Shown: piece by piece, positions 45,924 through 54,916 of the stretch
Layout of the letters: the number at the start of each line of letters is the position of its first letter
How positions within the stretch are numbered: the stretch's first letter is position 1
Source: an uncultured Rhizobium sp.
GTDB taxonomy: Bacteria > Pseudomonadota > Alphaproteobacteria > Rickettsiales > UBA1997
Length of the DNA stretch: 64,000 bases
Assembly: GCA_964434225.1 (NCBI GenBank)
Contig: CAYSUM010000004.1
Coordinates: 45,293 to 109,292, forward strand
Direction: 5' to 3'
Translations under genes and position numbers: made by a program
The notes under the pieces: generated by a model
What the model saw: the letters and a program-made list of their open reading frames with translations, nothing else
Database searches by the model: none
Told to the model about the DNA's origin: nothing

Positions 45924-46718
45924 ATGCCGAACTACATCTTCAAAAATCAGCAACTGCTGGAAGAAAAACAAGCGCATATTTCAATTCATGAACGCGGCTT
46001 GCTTTTTGGCGATGGGATTTTTGAAACTTGTAAAATTGTCGAAGGTAAAATTAGAAATTTTAAAGCTCACGAAGCCAGAATAAAAGCTGGTTTGAAGACA
46101 TTGAAATTTCAGGCGGATCTTGCTGATTTAGAAAAAAAATCACTGCAATTAATCGAAAAAAATAAAATTACCGATGGAATTTTAAAAATCCTTATCAGTC
46201 GCGGAAGTGGTAGTTTGGGCTATTTGCCAACTTACGAATCGGAATCATTAATTTTAATTCAAACTTTTTTACCACGCGAATTACCAAAAAAAATCACCCT
46301 AGGAATTTCTTCCCAAATCGCTCCCGCCCAAAATCTTGGCAAAACCCTCAATTCTCTGCCTTACGTCTTAGCAAAAATTGAAGCACAAGAGAAAAATCTT
46401 TTTGACTGTATACTGCTTTCCAAAGAGAAATTTATCGCCGAGACTTCTTCTTCCAATATTTTTTGGGTAAAAAATGGACGAGTTTTTACCGCCGCAAAAT
46501 CTTGTGGAATCGTTATGGGAACTACTCGCACTAGGTTACTAAAAATCTCTTCAGTAAAAATTTTTGAAGTTGAAGCGAAAATTTCAGCATTAAAAAATGC
46601 CGATGAAATTTTTCTGACTAACGCTTCTTTCTCAATTCTGCCCGTTGATGAATTTTTGGGACGAAAATTACAAAAAAACTTTGGCCAACTTTTCTTAAAA
46701 TTATTTAACAAAATTTAA
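45924..46718 (+). CDS. pabC: Aminodeoxychorismate lyase / class IV aminotransferase-fold protein
   Basis: HERGLLFGDGIFET..., ...ETSSSNIFWV... pattern, and operon context with pabB. Confidence 0.7.
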   Translation: MPNYIFKNQQLLEEKQAHISIHERGLLFGDGIFETCKIVEGKIRNFKAHEARIKAGLKTLKFQADLADLEKKSLQLIEKNKITDGILKILISRGSGSLGYLPTYESESLILIQTFLPRELPKKITLGISSQIAPAQNLGKTLNSLPYVLAKIEAQEKNLFDCILLSKEKFIAETSSSNIFWVKNGRVFTAAKSCGIVMGTTRTRLLKISSVKIFEVEAKISALKNADEIFLTNASFSILPVDEFLGRKLQKNFGQLFLKLFNKI

Positions 46719-47593
46719 TGGCAAAATTCGCACCAAAAAAACAGGGATTTTCTTTAGTTGAGCTGGCGTTGGTAATTTTGATTACCGGCATTTTGATCGT
46801 GGCTGTGATGCAGGCGACAACCATGATTCGCTCTTTCAAAATTATGGGCGCACGCGCTCAAACTAAAAGCTCTTCGGTTAACGGAATTTCTGGAATTGTC
46901 GCTTGGTTTGACACTGTTTCTGAGAAAAGTTTTAACAAAAAAGAAGCGTTGGATGGTAAAAAAATTTCGCAATGGAACGATATTAACAGCCAATCTGTTG
47001 TTGGAAATAACGCCACTCAAACTGGCAATGCGCGACCAATTTATATCTTTGATCCTTCAGTTGCCAACGGACTTCCTGTTTTAAGATTTGATGGTAATGA
47101 TTTTTTCAATTTGCCCGACGGCACAGTTCCTAGCAGCGATTATGATTATACTTTTTTCTTCACAATGCGCGTACCAAATATTACCGAGTCCTTTGGCGTG
47201 CTTGGTTCGGGAGATTATATTACCGAGAATGGTTCAAATATGATCAGCTTTCGCGCTGGCGGATTTGTTGAAAATAACTGGCAGAAAAATACTTTACTGA
47301 CTCAAACTATCTGCGTTTCCGCAACAAAAATGCAGGTTTTTACTTTTCTTTACGACAATACTTTGGGCCGTAAAATTTATGTGAATAGTGTCTTTAAAGG
47401 CGAAGATCGTGAAGTTAATCATAAAGGACTTCCAACTAACAATACCATTGGCAAAGTTATGGTCACTAATATTCCCGACATTTATTTTAAAGGCGATATT
47501 GGCGAAATTATTCTCTTCGGACGTGCGCTTTCCAGAGATGAAAGACAAATGGTAGAGAAATATTTAGCAAAAAAATGGGCGATAACTCTGTAA
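46718..47593 (+). CDS. Prepilin-type N-terminal methylation-domain protein with LamG-like C-terminal domain
   Basis: KKQG/FSLVELALVILITGILI is a class III (type IV pilin) signal. C-terminal GDIGEIILFGRALSRDERQMVEKYL is a LamG/concanavalin-type ending. Confidence 0.75.
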   Translation: MAKFAPKKQGFSLVELALVILITGILIVAVMQATTMIRSFKIMGARAQTKSSSVNGISGIVAWFDTVSEKSFNKKEALDGKKISQWNDINSQSVVGNNATQTGNARPIYIFDPSVANGLPVLRFDGNDFFNLPDGTVPSSDYDYTFFFTMRVPNITESFGVLGSGDYITENGSNMISFRAGGFVENNWQKNTLLTQTICVSATKMQVFTFLYDNTLGRKIYVNSVFKGEDREVNHKGLPTNNTIGKVMVTNIPDIYFKGDIGEIILFGRALSRDERQMVEKYLAKKWAITL

Positions 47594-48891
47594 AAATTGA
47601 CTGGCTAGATCCTCTAAATTTCGCACAAAAAATTGCTGCAAATTATGCCGACGAAAGCTGGATTTTCCTATATTCAGCACTCAACAATAAAGTCAAAAAC
47701 TCTTCTTCTTACATCGCAATTTTTCCTGAAGAAAAAATTATTTGTGACGATTTTTTTAGTGCCGAAAAAATTATAAAAAGCAGTGATAAAAAGTGGTTTG
47801 GGTATTTCGCCTACGAAGTTGGAAACGAGTTTGAAAAATTACCAAAAACTAAAAAATCTTTTGTCGATTTACCAAAAATTTGGCTAACAAAATTTGCAGT
47901 GGTTTTGGAATTTGATCATAAGAAAAAAAGCGTGACAGCGGTTTTTTCGGATAAAAAAAAGTTAGAGAAAATTTTAAAATTGATCCCACCATGCGACGGG
48001 GTGATAAAATCGAAGGAAGCCTTTTGTCCACACATATTTGTCACCCCTTCGCATGATGGGGTCGATTCCAACTTCACCGATAAATCCTACCTCGCCGCCA
48101 TTTCCGACATTCGTAAAAAAATCAGCGCTGGAGAATTTTATCAAACCAACTTAACCCGAAAATTTTTCGGAGAGTTCTCGCAAAAACAAAATCAGCAACA
48201 AGCTTTTCAGCTATTTTTTGACCTTACAAAATTAAGCCCTGCCAACTATTCATCATTTTTAAAACTTGGAGAAAATTATGTGATTTCTTCAAGTCCAGAA
48301 TTATTTTTATCAGCAAAAAATGGTAAAATTTTTTCACGTCCAATCAAAGGCACCACACCGCGCGGCAACACTTTAGCTCAAGATAAAAAAAATAAACTTT
48401 TCCTCAAAAACAACGCCAAAGAACGCGCCGAAAATTTGATGATTGTTGATCTGGTGAGAAACGATCTATCCAGAATTTGCAAGGCGGGAAGCGTTGTCGT
48501 AAAAAAACTTTTTGCGATTACTTCTTATCAAAATATTCACCACATGTCGAGTGAGGTTCATGGAAAAATCACTAAAAATTTCTGTGCTTTTGATGCGCTC
48601 AAAACCTGCTTTCCCGCTGGTTCAATGACTGGCGCGCCAAAAATTAAAGCGATAGAAATTGCTGCAAAAAAAGAAAAATTAGATCGCGGAATTTACAGCG
48701 GCACGATTGGTTTTTTTTCGCGCGACGAAATTAATTGCTCTGTCGTGATTCGTACCTTAGTTTTGCGCGGTAAAAAATTTGAATTTCAAGTTGGCGGTGC
48801 AATTACTTTTGATTCTGATCCCAAATCTGAACTGGAAGAAATTTTTAACAAGGCAAGAGGAATTTTGAATTTACTGAAAATAAAATTGTAA
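47575..48891 (+). CDS. pabB: Aminodeoxychorismate synthase component I
   Basis: GEFYQTNLTRKF, SSPELFL, PIKGT.PRG, ENLMIVDL.RND and GSMTGAPK chorismate-binding motifs. Confidence 0.9.
   Translation: MGDNSVKIDWLDPLNFAQKIAANYADESWIFLYSALNNKVKNSSSYIAIFPEEKIICDDFFSAEKIIKSSDKKWFGYFAYEVGNEFEKLPKTKKSFVDLPKIWLTKFAVVLEFDHKKKSVTAVFSDKKKLEKILKLIPPCDGVIKSKEAFCPHIFVTPSHDGVDSNFTDKSYLAAISDIRKKISAGEFYQTNLTRKFFGEFSQKQNQQQAFQLFFDLTKLSPANYSSFLKLGENYVISSSPELFLSAKNGKIFSRPIKGTTPRGNTLAQDKKNKLFLKNNAKERAENLMIVDLVRNDLSRICKAGSVVVKKLFAITSYQNIHHMSSEVHGKITKNFCAFDALKTCFPAGSMTGAPKIKAIEIAAKKEKLDRGIYSGTIGFFSRDEINCSVVIRTLVLRGKKFEFQVGGAITFDSDPKSELEEIFNKARGILNLLKIKL
47985..48060. repeat. 76-bp GC-richer palindrome lying in frame inside pabB
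   Basis: cccaccatgcgacggggtgataaa (47985-48008) vs tttgtcaccccttcgcatgatggg (48037-48060), 21/24 complementary. Confidence 0.7.
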
Positions 48892-49001
48892 ATTTTAAAG
48901 CCTTGGAAACAAAGAACTTGTGCCGTATTTGCGTCAAAAAAAATCCACCCAGAAAGATCGAACTAGACAAATAATTTTCTCCAAAATAAAAATCACAAAA
49001 A

Positions 49002-49046
49002 ACAAGATATAGTGTGGTTTTGGTAAAAAATGCCACTAGATGTAGT
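49002..49046 (+). promoter_or_regulatory. Putative tandem NrdR boxes upstream of nrdA
   Basis: acaagatatagtgt (49002-49015) and ccactagatgtagt (49033-49046), spaced 31 bp centre to centre. They resemble the NrdR-box palindrome acacNaNatNtNgtgt. Confidence 0.45.
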
Positions 49047-49096
49047 TTTATCCAAGCAGCGCTTGGTTCGAAAACAAAATCGTAATTTTTTATTTC

Positions 49097-50983
49097 ATGT
49101 CAAAAAAGTCAGCCCTCAAAACACTCAAAGATTCTGGCAGTTCCAGCATTATAAAAACTGCGCCAAAGAAAAAATTCGCCGTAAAAGTTGATCACAAAAA
49201 AGATGAAGGACTAAGCAATTTCGGCAAAGCAGTTTTGAAAGATCGTTATTTAATACCCGGCGAATCTTACCAAGATTTATTCGCTCGCGTTGCCGCTTAT
49301 TACGCCGACGATCAAGATCACGCCAATCGTCTTTACGAATATATTTCCAACTTATGGTTTATGCCGGCAACTCCAGTTTTAAGCAACGGCGGAACTGATC
49401 GTGGACTTCCGATTTCCTGTTTTTTAAATGAATCAAGCGATTCTCTTGAAGGAATTGTCAACTTGTGGAATGAAAATGTTTGGCTTGCCTCCAAAGGCGG
49501 CGGCATCGGCAGCTATTGGGGAAATTTGCGTTCAATTGGCGAAACCGTACGTGGCAATGGCAAAACTTCTGGCATAGTTCCGTTTATCAAAGTTATGGAT
49601 TCACAAACTTTGGCAATCTCGCAAGGCAGCTTGCGTCGCGGTTCAGCAGCAGTTTATTTGCCAATCAATCATCCAGAAATCGAAGAATTTATCGACATCA
49701 GAAGGCCAGTTGGTGGCGATCCGAATCGCCGCTCTTTAAATTTACATCACGGCGTTGCAGTGACTGATGAATTTATGAAAGCTGTTGAAAAAGACGGAAA
49801 TTTCGATTTGAAAAGTCCTTACACTGGCAAAACCATTGAAACCATTAAAGCGCGCGCTTTGTGGATTAAACTCTTAACCACAAGAATTGAAACTGGCGAA
49901 CCTTACATTTTATTCATCGACGCCGTGAATAGAGCTATTCCAGAGCATCATAAAAAACTTGGACTGAAAGTTAAAACTTCAAATCTATGCAGCGAAATCA
50001 CTCTTCCAACCGGAATCGATCATTTAGGAAAAGATCGCACAGCCGTTTGCTGTCTGTCTTCGCTCAATTTAGAATTTTACGATCAATGGAAAGATAACGA
50101 TAAAATCATCGATGACATCATGCGTTTCCTTGATAACGTCTTGCAAGATTTCATCGACAAAGCGCCAGATTTGATGTATAAAGCTAAATATTCTGCAATG
50201 CGCGAACGCTCGGTCGGACTTGGCGTGATGGGCTTTCATTCTTTCTTGCAAAGCAAAAATGTGCCGATGGAATCTGCCATGAGCAAAGTGTGGAATAAGA
50301 AAATTTTTAACCATATCAAAGCTGGCGTTGACAAAGCTTCGCATATTTTAGCGAAAGAAAGAGGAGCTTGTCCAGACGCGATTGATGCGGGTTCTGAAGA
50401 AAGATTCTCAAACAAATTGGCCATCGCGCCAACCGCTTCGATCTCGATCATCGCCAATAATTCTTCTCCGGGTATTGAGCCTTTCGCTGCCAATTCTTTC
50501 ACACAAAAAACTTTGACGGGATCGTTTAATGTCCGTAACAAAAACTTGGTGAAATTGCTTGAATCAAAAGGTCGCAACACCGAAGACATTTGGTCCTCAA
50601 TTACAATTAACGAAGGCTCGGTTCAGCATTTAGATTTCCTTGATGAGCACGAGAAATTGGTTTTCAAAACCGCTCAAGAAATTGACCAAAGATGGATTGT
50701 TGATCTATCCGCAGAACGTCAGGAATATATTTGCCAAGCTCAAAGCTTGAACTTGTTTATGCCAGGAAACGTCTCGAAAAAAGAATTACACGAAATTCAC
50801 TTCAGAGCTTGGCAGAAAGGCTTGAAGAGCCTTTATTATTGCCGCTCAACTTCAATTCAACGCGCCGATAAAGTGTCGAATAAAGTTGTAAATGACGAAA
50901 TGTTTAAAAAAGTAGAATCGGAAGCCACGGCTCAAGTTGCAGCTTCAGACAGCAAATATGAAGAATGTTTGGCTTGTCAGTAA
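49097..50983 (+). CDS. nrdA: Ribonucleoside-diphosphate reductase, alpha (large) subunit
   Basis: SNLCSEITLPT active-site block, PTASIS, YYCRS and a C-terminal CxxC tail (ECLACQ). Confidence 0.9.
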   Translation: MSKKSALKTLKDSGSSSIIKTAPKKKFAVKVDHKKDEGLSNFGKAVLKDRYLIPGESYQDLFARVAAYYADDQDHANRLYEYISNLWFMPATPVLSNGGTDRGLPISCFLNESSDSLEGIVNLWNENVWLASKGGGIGSYWGNLRSIGETVRGNGKTSGIVPFIKVMDSQTLAISQGSLRRGSAAVYLPINHPEIEEFIDIRRPVGGDPNRRSLNLHHGVAVTDEFMKAVEKDGNFDLKSPYTGKTIETIKARALWIKLLTTRIETGEPYILFIDAVNRAIPEHHKKLGLKVKTSNLCSEITLPTGIDHLGKDRTAVCCLSSLNLEFYDQWKDNDKIIDDIMRFLDNVLQDFIDKAPDLMYKAKYSAMRERSVGLGVMGFHSFLQSKNVPMESAMSKVWNKKIFNHIKAGVDKASHILAKERGACPDAIDAGSEERFSNKLAIAPTASISIIANNSSPGIEPFAANSFTQKTLTGSFNVRNKNLVKLLESKGRNTEDIWSSITINEGSVQHLDFLDEHEKLVFKTAQEIDQRWIVDLSAERQEYICQAQSLNLFMPGNVSKKELHEIHFRAWQKGLKSLYYCRSTSIQRADKVSNKVVNDEMFKKVESEATAQVAASDSKYEECLACQ

Positions 50984-50989
50984 ACCCAA

Positions 50990-51020
50990 CCGTCATCCTA
51001 AATAAAGCGAAGGATGACGG
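50990..51020 (+). terminator. Hairpin after nrdA
   Basis: ccgtcatcct (50990-50999) pairs with aggatgacgg (51011-51020), followed by an AT-rich tract. Confidence 0.55.
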
Positions 51021-51150
51021 CATTATTATTTAATTTTTTAAAGAAGAATCTTGCACTTTTAAAACCACTACATAACTTGCGCCGCTCGTTTTTCGTACCT
51101 TCACCACTGCTTTAAATCTCTCTTCTGAAAAATTTCCAAATTTTCTCAGG

Positions 51151-51225
<75 letters not shown>

Positions 51226-51269
51226 TCCGCTTGTTCTTTCAAGCGCGACTAGTTGCCAACAATCTTCTG

Positions 51270-51680
51270 ATGAACATTATTTCCACGATAAAAAATCTGG
51301 CTCAACGTTATCACCTAACTCGTCAGGCTTTTACTTTTATTATTGTTGGAGGACTTTCTACAATCATCAGCTACACAACTTTTATCATTTGTTTACACGA
51401 ACTTAAATTACACTATCTCGTCGCCAACGTCGCTGGATTTTGTATCAGCATCGGATTCAATTATCAGTGCAATAAGCGCTTCACTTTTAAAGCCCAAGAT
51501 TCGGGATATTTTCGTCGCTATCTTTCGCTTTATTTAGTTTCTTTGGGCCTTAGCAGCATCTTGCTTCGCGTCTTTGTTGAATTTTGCGGAATCATTCCTG
51601 AAATCTCCAACATCATCACCATTATTCTCATTACTGCTTTTAATTTTTTCGGGGCCAAATTTTTGGTTTTCAAAAAATAA
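51270..51680 (+). CDS. GtrA-family membrane protein
   Basis: FIIVGGLSTIISY...VANVAGFCISIGFNYQCNKRFTFK is the GtrA pattern. The start is moved to ATG 51270 because the upstream part of the track ORF overlaps tRNA-Glu. Confidence 0.75.
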   Translation: MNIISTIKNLAQRYHLTRQAFTFIIVGGLSTIISYTTFIICLHELKLHYLVANVAGFCISIGFNYQCNKRFTFKAQDSGYFRRYLSLYLVSLGLSSILLRVFVEFCGIIPEISNIITIILITAFNFFGAKFLVFKK

Positions 51681-54066
51681 AAAAACTGCCGTCATATTTA
51701 AAAAACTGCCCGCCTTTTAGATAAAAATCTTTGTTATCAATTTTGATTTTATTTTCTGCAATACATTCTGGAAACTTGTATTTCGCGGTTAAATTCACAA
51801 TCACATCAAAATCATTTTTACAAATTTCAGAAATTTTGCTGCGCTTTAACAAAACCAGAAATTTTTTATTTTTTGCAATCTCGCAATGATTTTCATCGCA
51901 AAAAATTTCTTGCTGCGGATGACTTTGAAGGGATTTGAATTCTTCTTCATTCATCTTATTCATCCATATTTGACGGCCCTTCGAAGGCCTTAGATTTTTT
52001 GAAAAGATCAAACCGTCAGAAGTGTTTACAGCGAAGAATTTTTGCTTCGATTCGAATAAAATATCTGGCTTTGCCACAAAAAATATTGTTGAAAAAGACA
52101 GAAAAAATATCGCAATTCCAACAAAACGAAAACAACTTTGCAGTAAACAAAATAGCAATAATCCGATCGCAGCCAAAGTGATGCCAAAGCTTGAAATTGT
52201 TGGACTGGCAAGATGTGAAAAATTTAAATCAGCAACAAAAATGGCCAAGTTTTCAATTAAAAAAATTCCCTTCCCCATCAAAATCAAAACATATTTTTCC
52301 AAACCAAAAATCATAAAAAACAGCGCCAAAAAACCTAGTGGCATGATGATAAAACTGCTCAAAGGAATTGCGATAATATTGGCAATAAAACCAAACAAGA
52401 CAGTGCTCTGGAAAGATCGCATCAAAAACGGCGTAGTGGCAATTTGAATGGCAATTGAGATCAAAATAATCTGCATAAAGTAATTCCAGAAACGTCGCAG
52501 AAAATGTAAATGTGGATCGTAATTTTTATCGCCAGAAAAATTTACCAAAACTAAAATCGCGGCAAAAGTGAGTTGAAAACTGATATTAAAAACTGCGAAT
52601 GGATTCAACAAAATCAAGCCTAGAGCCGCTGTCATTGCGGCACGTTTGGCATTAATTTTTTCACCAACAAAAAGCGCAATTAAAACCAAAACCACCATCA
52701 CAAAAGCGCGCTGCGCCGGAAGTGGCGAGGCAGCAATTTTTAGATAAAAATAAGTTCCAAAAATTGCCGCAATCGCAGCGAATTTTTTAAGATCAAAACG
52801 CAAAGTTAAATATTCGCTGCGCGATAAAAGAAAACGCGTTGCGATGAAGCAAATCGCGCTTGCAAGCGATAGATGAAATCCTGAAATTGACAACAAATGA
52901 GCCAAACCAGAATTTCTGATTTTATTCATCATATCTTTTGAAATCTGACTTTGATCGCCGATTAAAAAAGCCAAAGCGATTGCAGCTTCGTCGCCTGAAA
53001 TTGTGTTTAAAATTTTACCGCGAATTTTTTCACGCAAAGATAAAAACCATTCATCCGAGCTTGATATTTCTGCTTCGCGCATGGTTTTAACTTGGTCGAT
53101 CACAAATCCATAAGCGCCGATTTTTTTAAATTTAGCGTCGAGATTGAAATCAAAATCATCGGGAAATTCTCGCGCTTTTGGCGGCTGCAACATGGCGCGA
53201 AAAGCGATTACATCATTCACTTTTAACTGCGCAGAATTTTTGATTAGATTGAGAGAAATTTTTTGCGGCGGATTAGGAAAAACTTCGCGATCCTTTATTT
53301 TAAGCCATTCGACTTGCTGATAATTTTTTGAGTAATCTAAAAACTCGCGATCAATTTCTTGGTAACCCGCAAGATTAACGAAATTTTTTTGGATGGTTTT
53401 TTCGCTAATTGGTTTCTTTTTTTTAGGCTTTTTTTTCTTAGGTTTTTTCTTTTTTTCCTTCATCTCAAACCCGTCAGTAAATCCCGTTAGAGGTTTGAGG
53501 TGGCAGCGCTCCGAGAGAAATGATGGGTCAATTTTTTCTTCTTCCAAAATTGTCCTCTCGCACTTTTTGCGCGACTTTCTATTTTTCTTTTCTTTCTTAT
53601 TTTTTTTCTTCTTTGCTTTTCTCTTCTTAATTTTTTTCTGCTTCTCCACAAATTTTGACTTATAAAGCTTCGGCTCCGAAATCACTAAATTCGCACCTGT
53701 AACGCCATTTACTGGATTAACAAATTTCTGAATCGCTACAATTTTTCCAACTCCATCAACGTAAACTTTTCCTGTAATTTTAGTCTGATTTAGAAAAATT
53801 TTCTGATAAAAATATCCATAAAAACTTCCCGCCAAAAACAGCGCACAAGCTAGAAATACAAGAAATCTAAGCGAATATCGATTTAAAAAAGAAAGTAGCA
53901 GAGCGGCAAAAAATAACGCAGCCAAAATATCAAAATTCACCAAAAAGCTTTCTTCGAACGAAAAATAAAAAACGACTCCAAACCCCAATAATACTGGCAC
54001 GAACAGCCATAAATTATCTCTTTCTGTCGCATAAATATTTAAAAAAAATGTGGTGATTTTTTTCAT
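51670..54066 (-). CDS. comEC: ComEC/Rec2-family competence membrane protein with lysine-rich insertion
   Basis: N-terminal ERDNLWLFVPVLLGFG and core GLAHLLSISGFHL motif, with many TM segments. Confidence 0.8.
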   Translation of the reverse strand: MKKITTFFLNIYATERDNLWLFVPVLLGFGVVFYFSFEESFLVNFDILAALFFAALLLSFLNRYSLRFLVFLACALFLAGSFYGYFYQKIFLNQTKITGKVYVDGVGKIVAIQKFVNPVNGVTGANLVISEPKLYKSKFVEKQKKIKKRKAKKKKNKKEKKNRKSRKKCERTILEEEKIDPSFLSERCHLKPLTGFTDGFEMKEKKKKPKKKKPKKKKPISEKTIQKNFVNLAGYQEIDREFLDYSKNYQQVEWLKIKDREVFPNPPQKISLNLIKNSAQLKVNDVIAFRAMLQPPKAREFPDDFDFNLDAKFKKIGAYGFVIDQVKTMREAEISSSDEWFLSLREKIRGKILNTISGDEAAIALAFLIGDQSQISKDMMNKIRNSGLAHLLSISGFHLSLASAICFIATRFLLSRSEYLTLRFDLKKFAAIAAIFGTYFYLKIAASPLPAQRAFVMVVLVLIALFVGEKINAKRAAMTAALGLILLNPFAVFNISFQLTFAAILVLVNFSGDKNYDPHLHFLRRFWNYFMQIILISIAIQIATTPFLMRSFQSTVLFGFIANIIAIPLSSFIIMPLGFLALFFMIFGLEKYVLILMGKGIFLIENLAIFVADLNFSHLASPTISSFGITLAAIGLLLFCLLQSCFRFVGIAIFFLSFSTIFFVAKPDILFESKQKFFAVNTSDGLIFSKNLRPSKGRQIWMNKMNEEEFKSLQSHPQQEIFCDENHCEIAKNKKFLVLLKRSKISEICKNDFDVIVNLTAKYKFPECIAENKIKIDNKDFYLKGGQFFKYDGSFFIF

Positions 54067-54214
54067 CCGCTCCGCCTTATTTTATAGTACGCTGATTTGC
54101 CACGCTGCGCTCGTAATGACGATGTTGGAAGGATAGCGATATGGCTTTTAAGAGCTGCTGGTTTGACATGTTTTTTGGTGTTTGGTTGGTGTTATTTTAG
54201 CACTTAGATGAACT

Positions 54215-54916
54215 TTAAAAACCCCACAAATTGGTTTTAAAATTTTTCTTAATGAATTCCTGATGTTTTTCTAAATCTGCTTCTGAAACAGGAAAGTCGC
54301 GCTTTGGCAAAGTTCTTCTTATTTGTGGTGCGACAATTTGAGCAGTAATTTCTTTGGCAGTTTGAGAATTATTTTTGGCACTTGACCCAAAAGATAATCC
54401 AGTTTGCGCACCGCCCATCAGCTCAACATAAACATCGCAAAGCAGTTCAGTATCTAAGAGCGCGCCGTGTTTAGCCCGCTTGGATAAATCGATGTTAAAT
54501 CTTTTACAAAGTGCGTCGAGCGAAGCGGGCGATCCAGGAAATTTATTGCGAGCGATAATTAATGAATCGATCACATTATTCATGTTCAATGTAGGCAAGC
54601 CAAGGATTCGCAGCTCGTGATTAAGAAATTTGGTGTCAAATGCAGCGTTATGAATAATGATTTTATCGTCTTTGATGAAGTCTAAAAATTTACGCGCGAC
54701 ATGATCAAAAATTGGTTTGTCTTGCAAAAATTCTGAAGAAATTCCGTGAATCTTAAAAGCCTCCTGAGGCATGTCGCGCCTAGGATTAACATAAGTATGA
54801 AAAAATTCACCCGTTTTAACTTTGTTATGCAATTCAACAACGGCGATCTCGACAATTTTATCGCCAGTGCGCGGATCAAGGCCCGTCGTTTCAATATCCA
54901 GACAGAGTTCGCGCAT
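54215..54916 (-). CDS. dnaQ: DNA polymerase III epsilon subunit (3'-5' exonuclease)
   Basis: LDIETTGLD (Exo I), HNAAFD (Exo II) and HGALLDTELL (Exo III). Confidence 0.95.
   Translation of the reverse strand: MRELCLDIETTGLDPRTGDKIVEIAVVELHNKVKTGEFFHTYVNPRRDMPQEAFKIHGISSEFLQDKPIFDHVARKFLDFIKDDKIIIHNAAFDTKFLNHELRILGLPTLNMNNVIDSLIIARNKFPGSPASLDALCKRFNIDLSKRAKHGALLDTELLCDVYVELMGGAQTGLSFGSSAKNNSQTAKEITAQIVAPQIRRTLPKRDFPVSEADLEKHQEFIKKNFKTNLWGF

Noticed and set aside
51040-51150. Sigma70-type promoter for tRNA-Glu (ttgcac ... taactt)
   Set aside because: The match to the -10 consensus is poor and the site lies about 80 nt from the mature 5' end. It is not supportable without transcript mapping.
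53393-53665. 90-aa phenylalanine-rich plus-strand ORF
   Set aside because: It is the antisense of the lysine-rich (AAA/AAG) insertion in ComEC. It is a compositional artefact.
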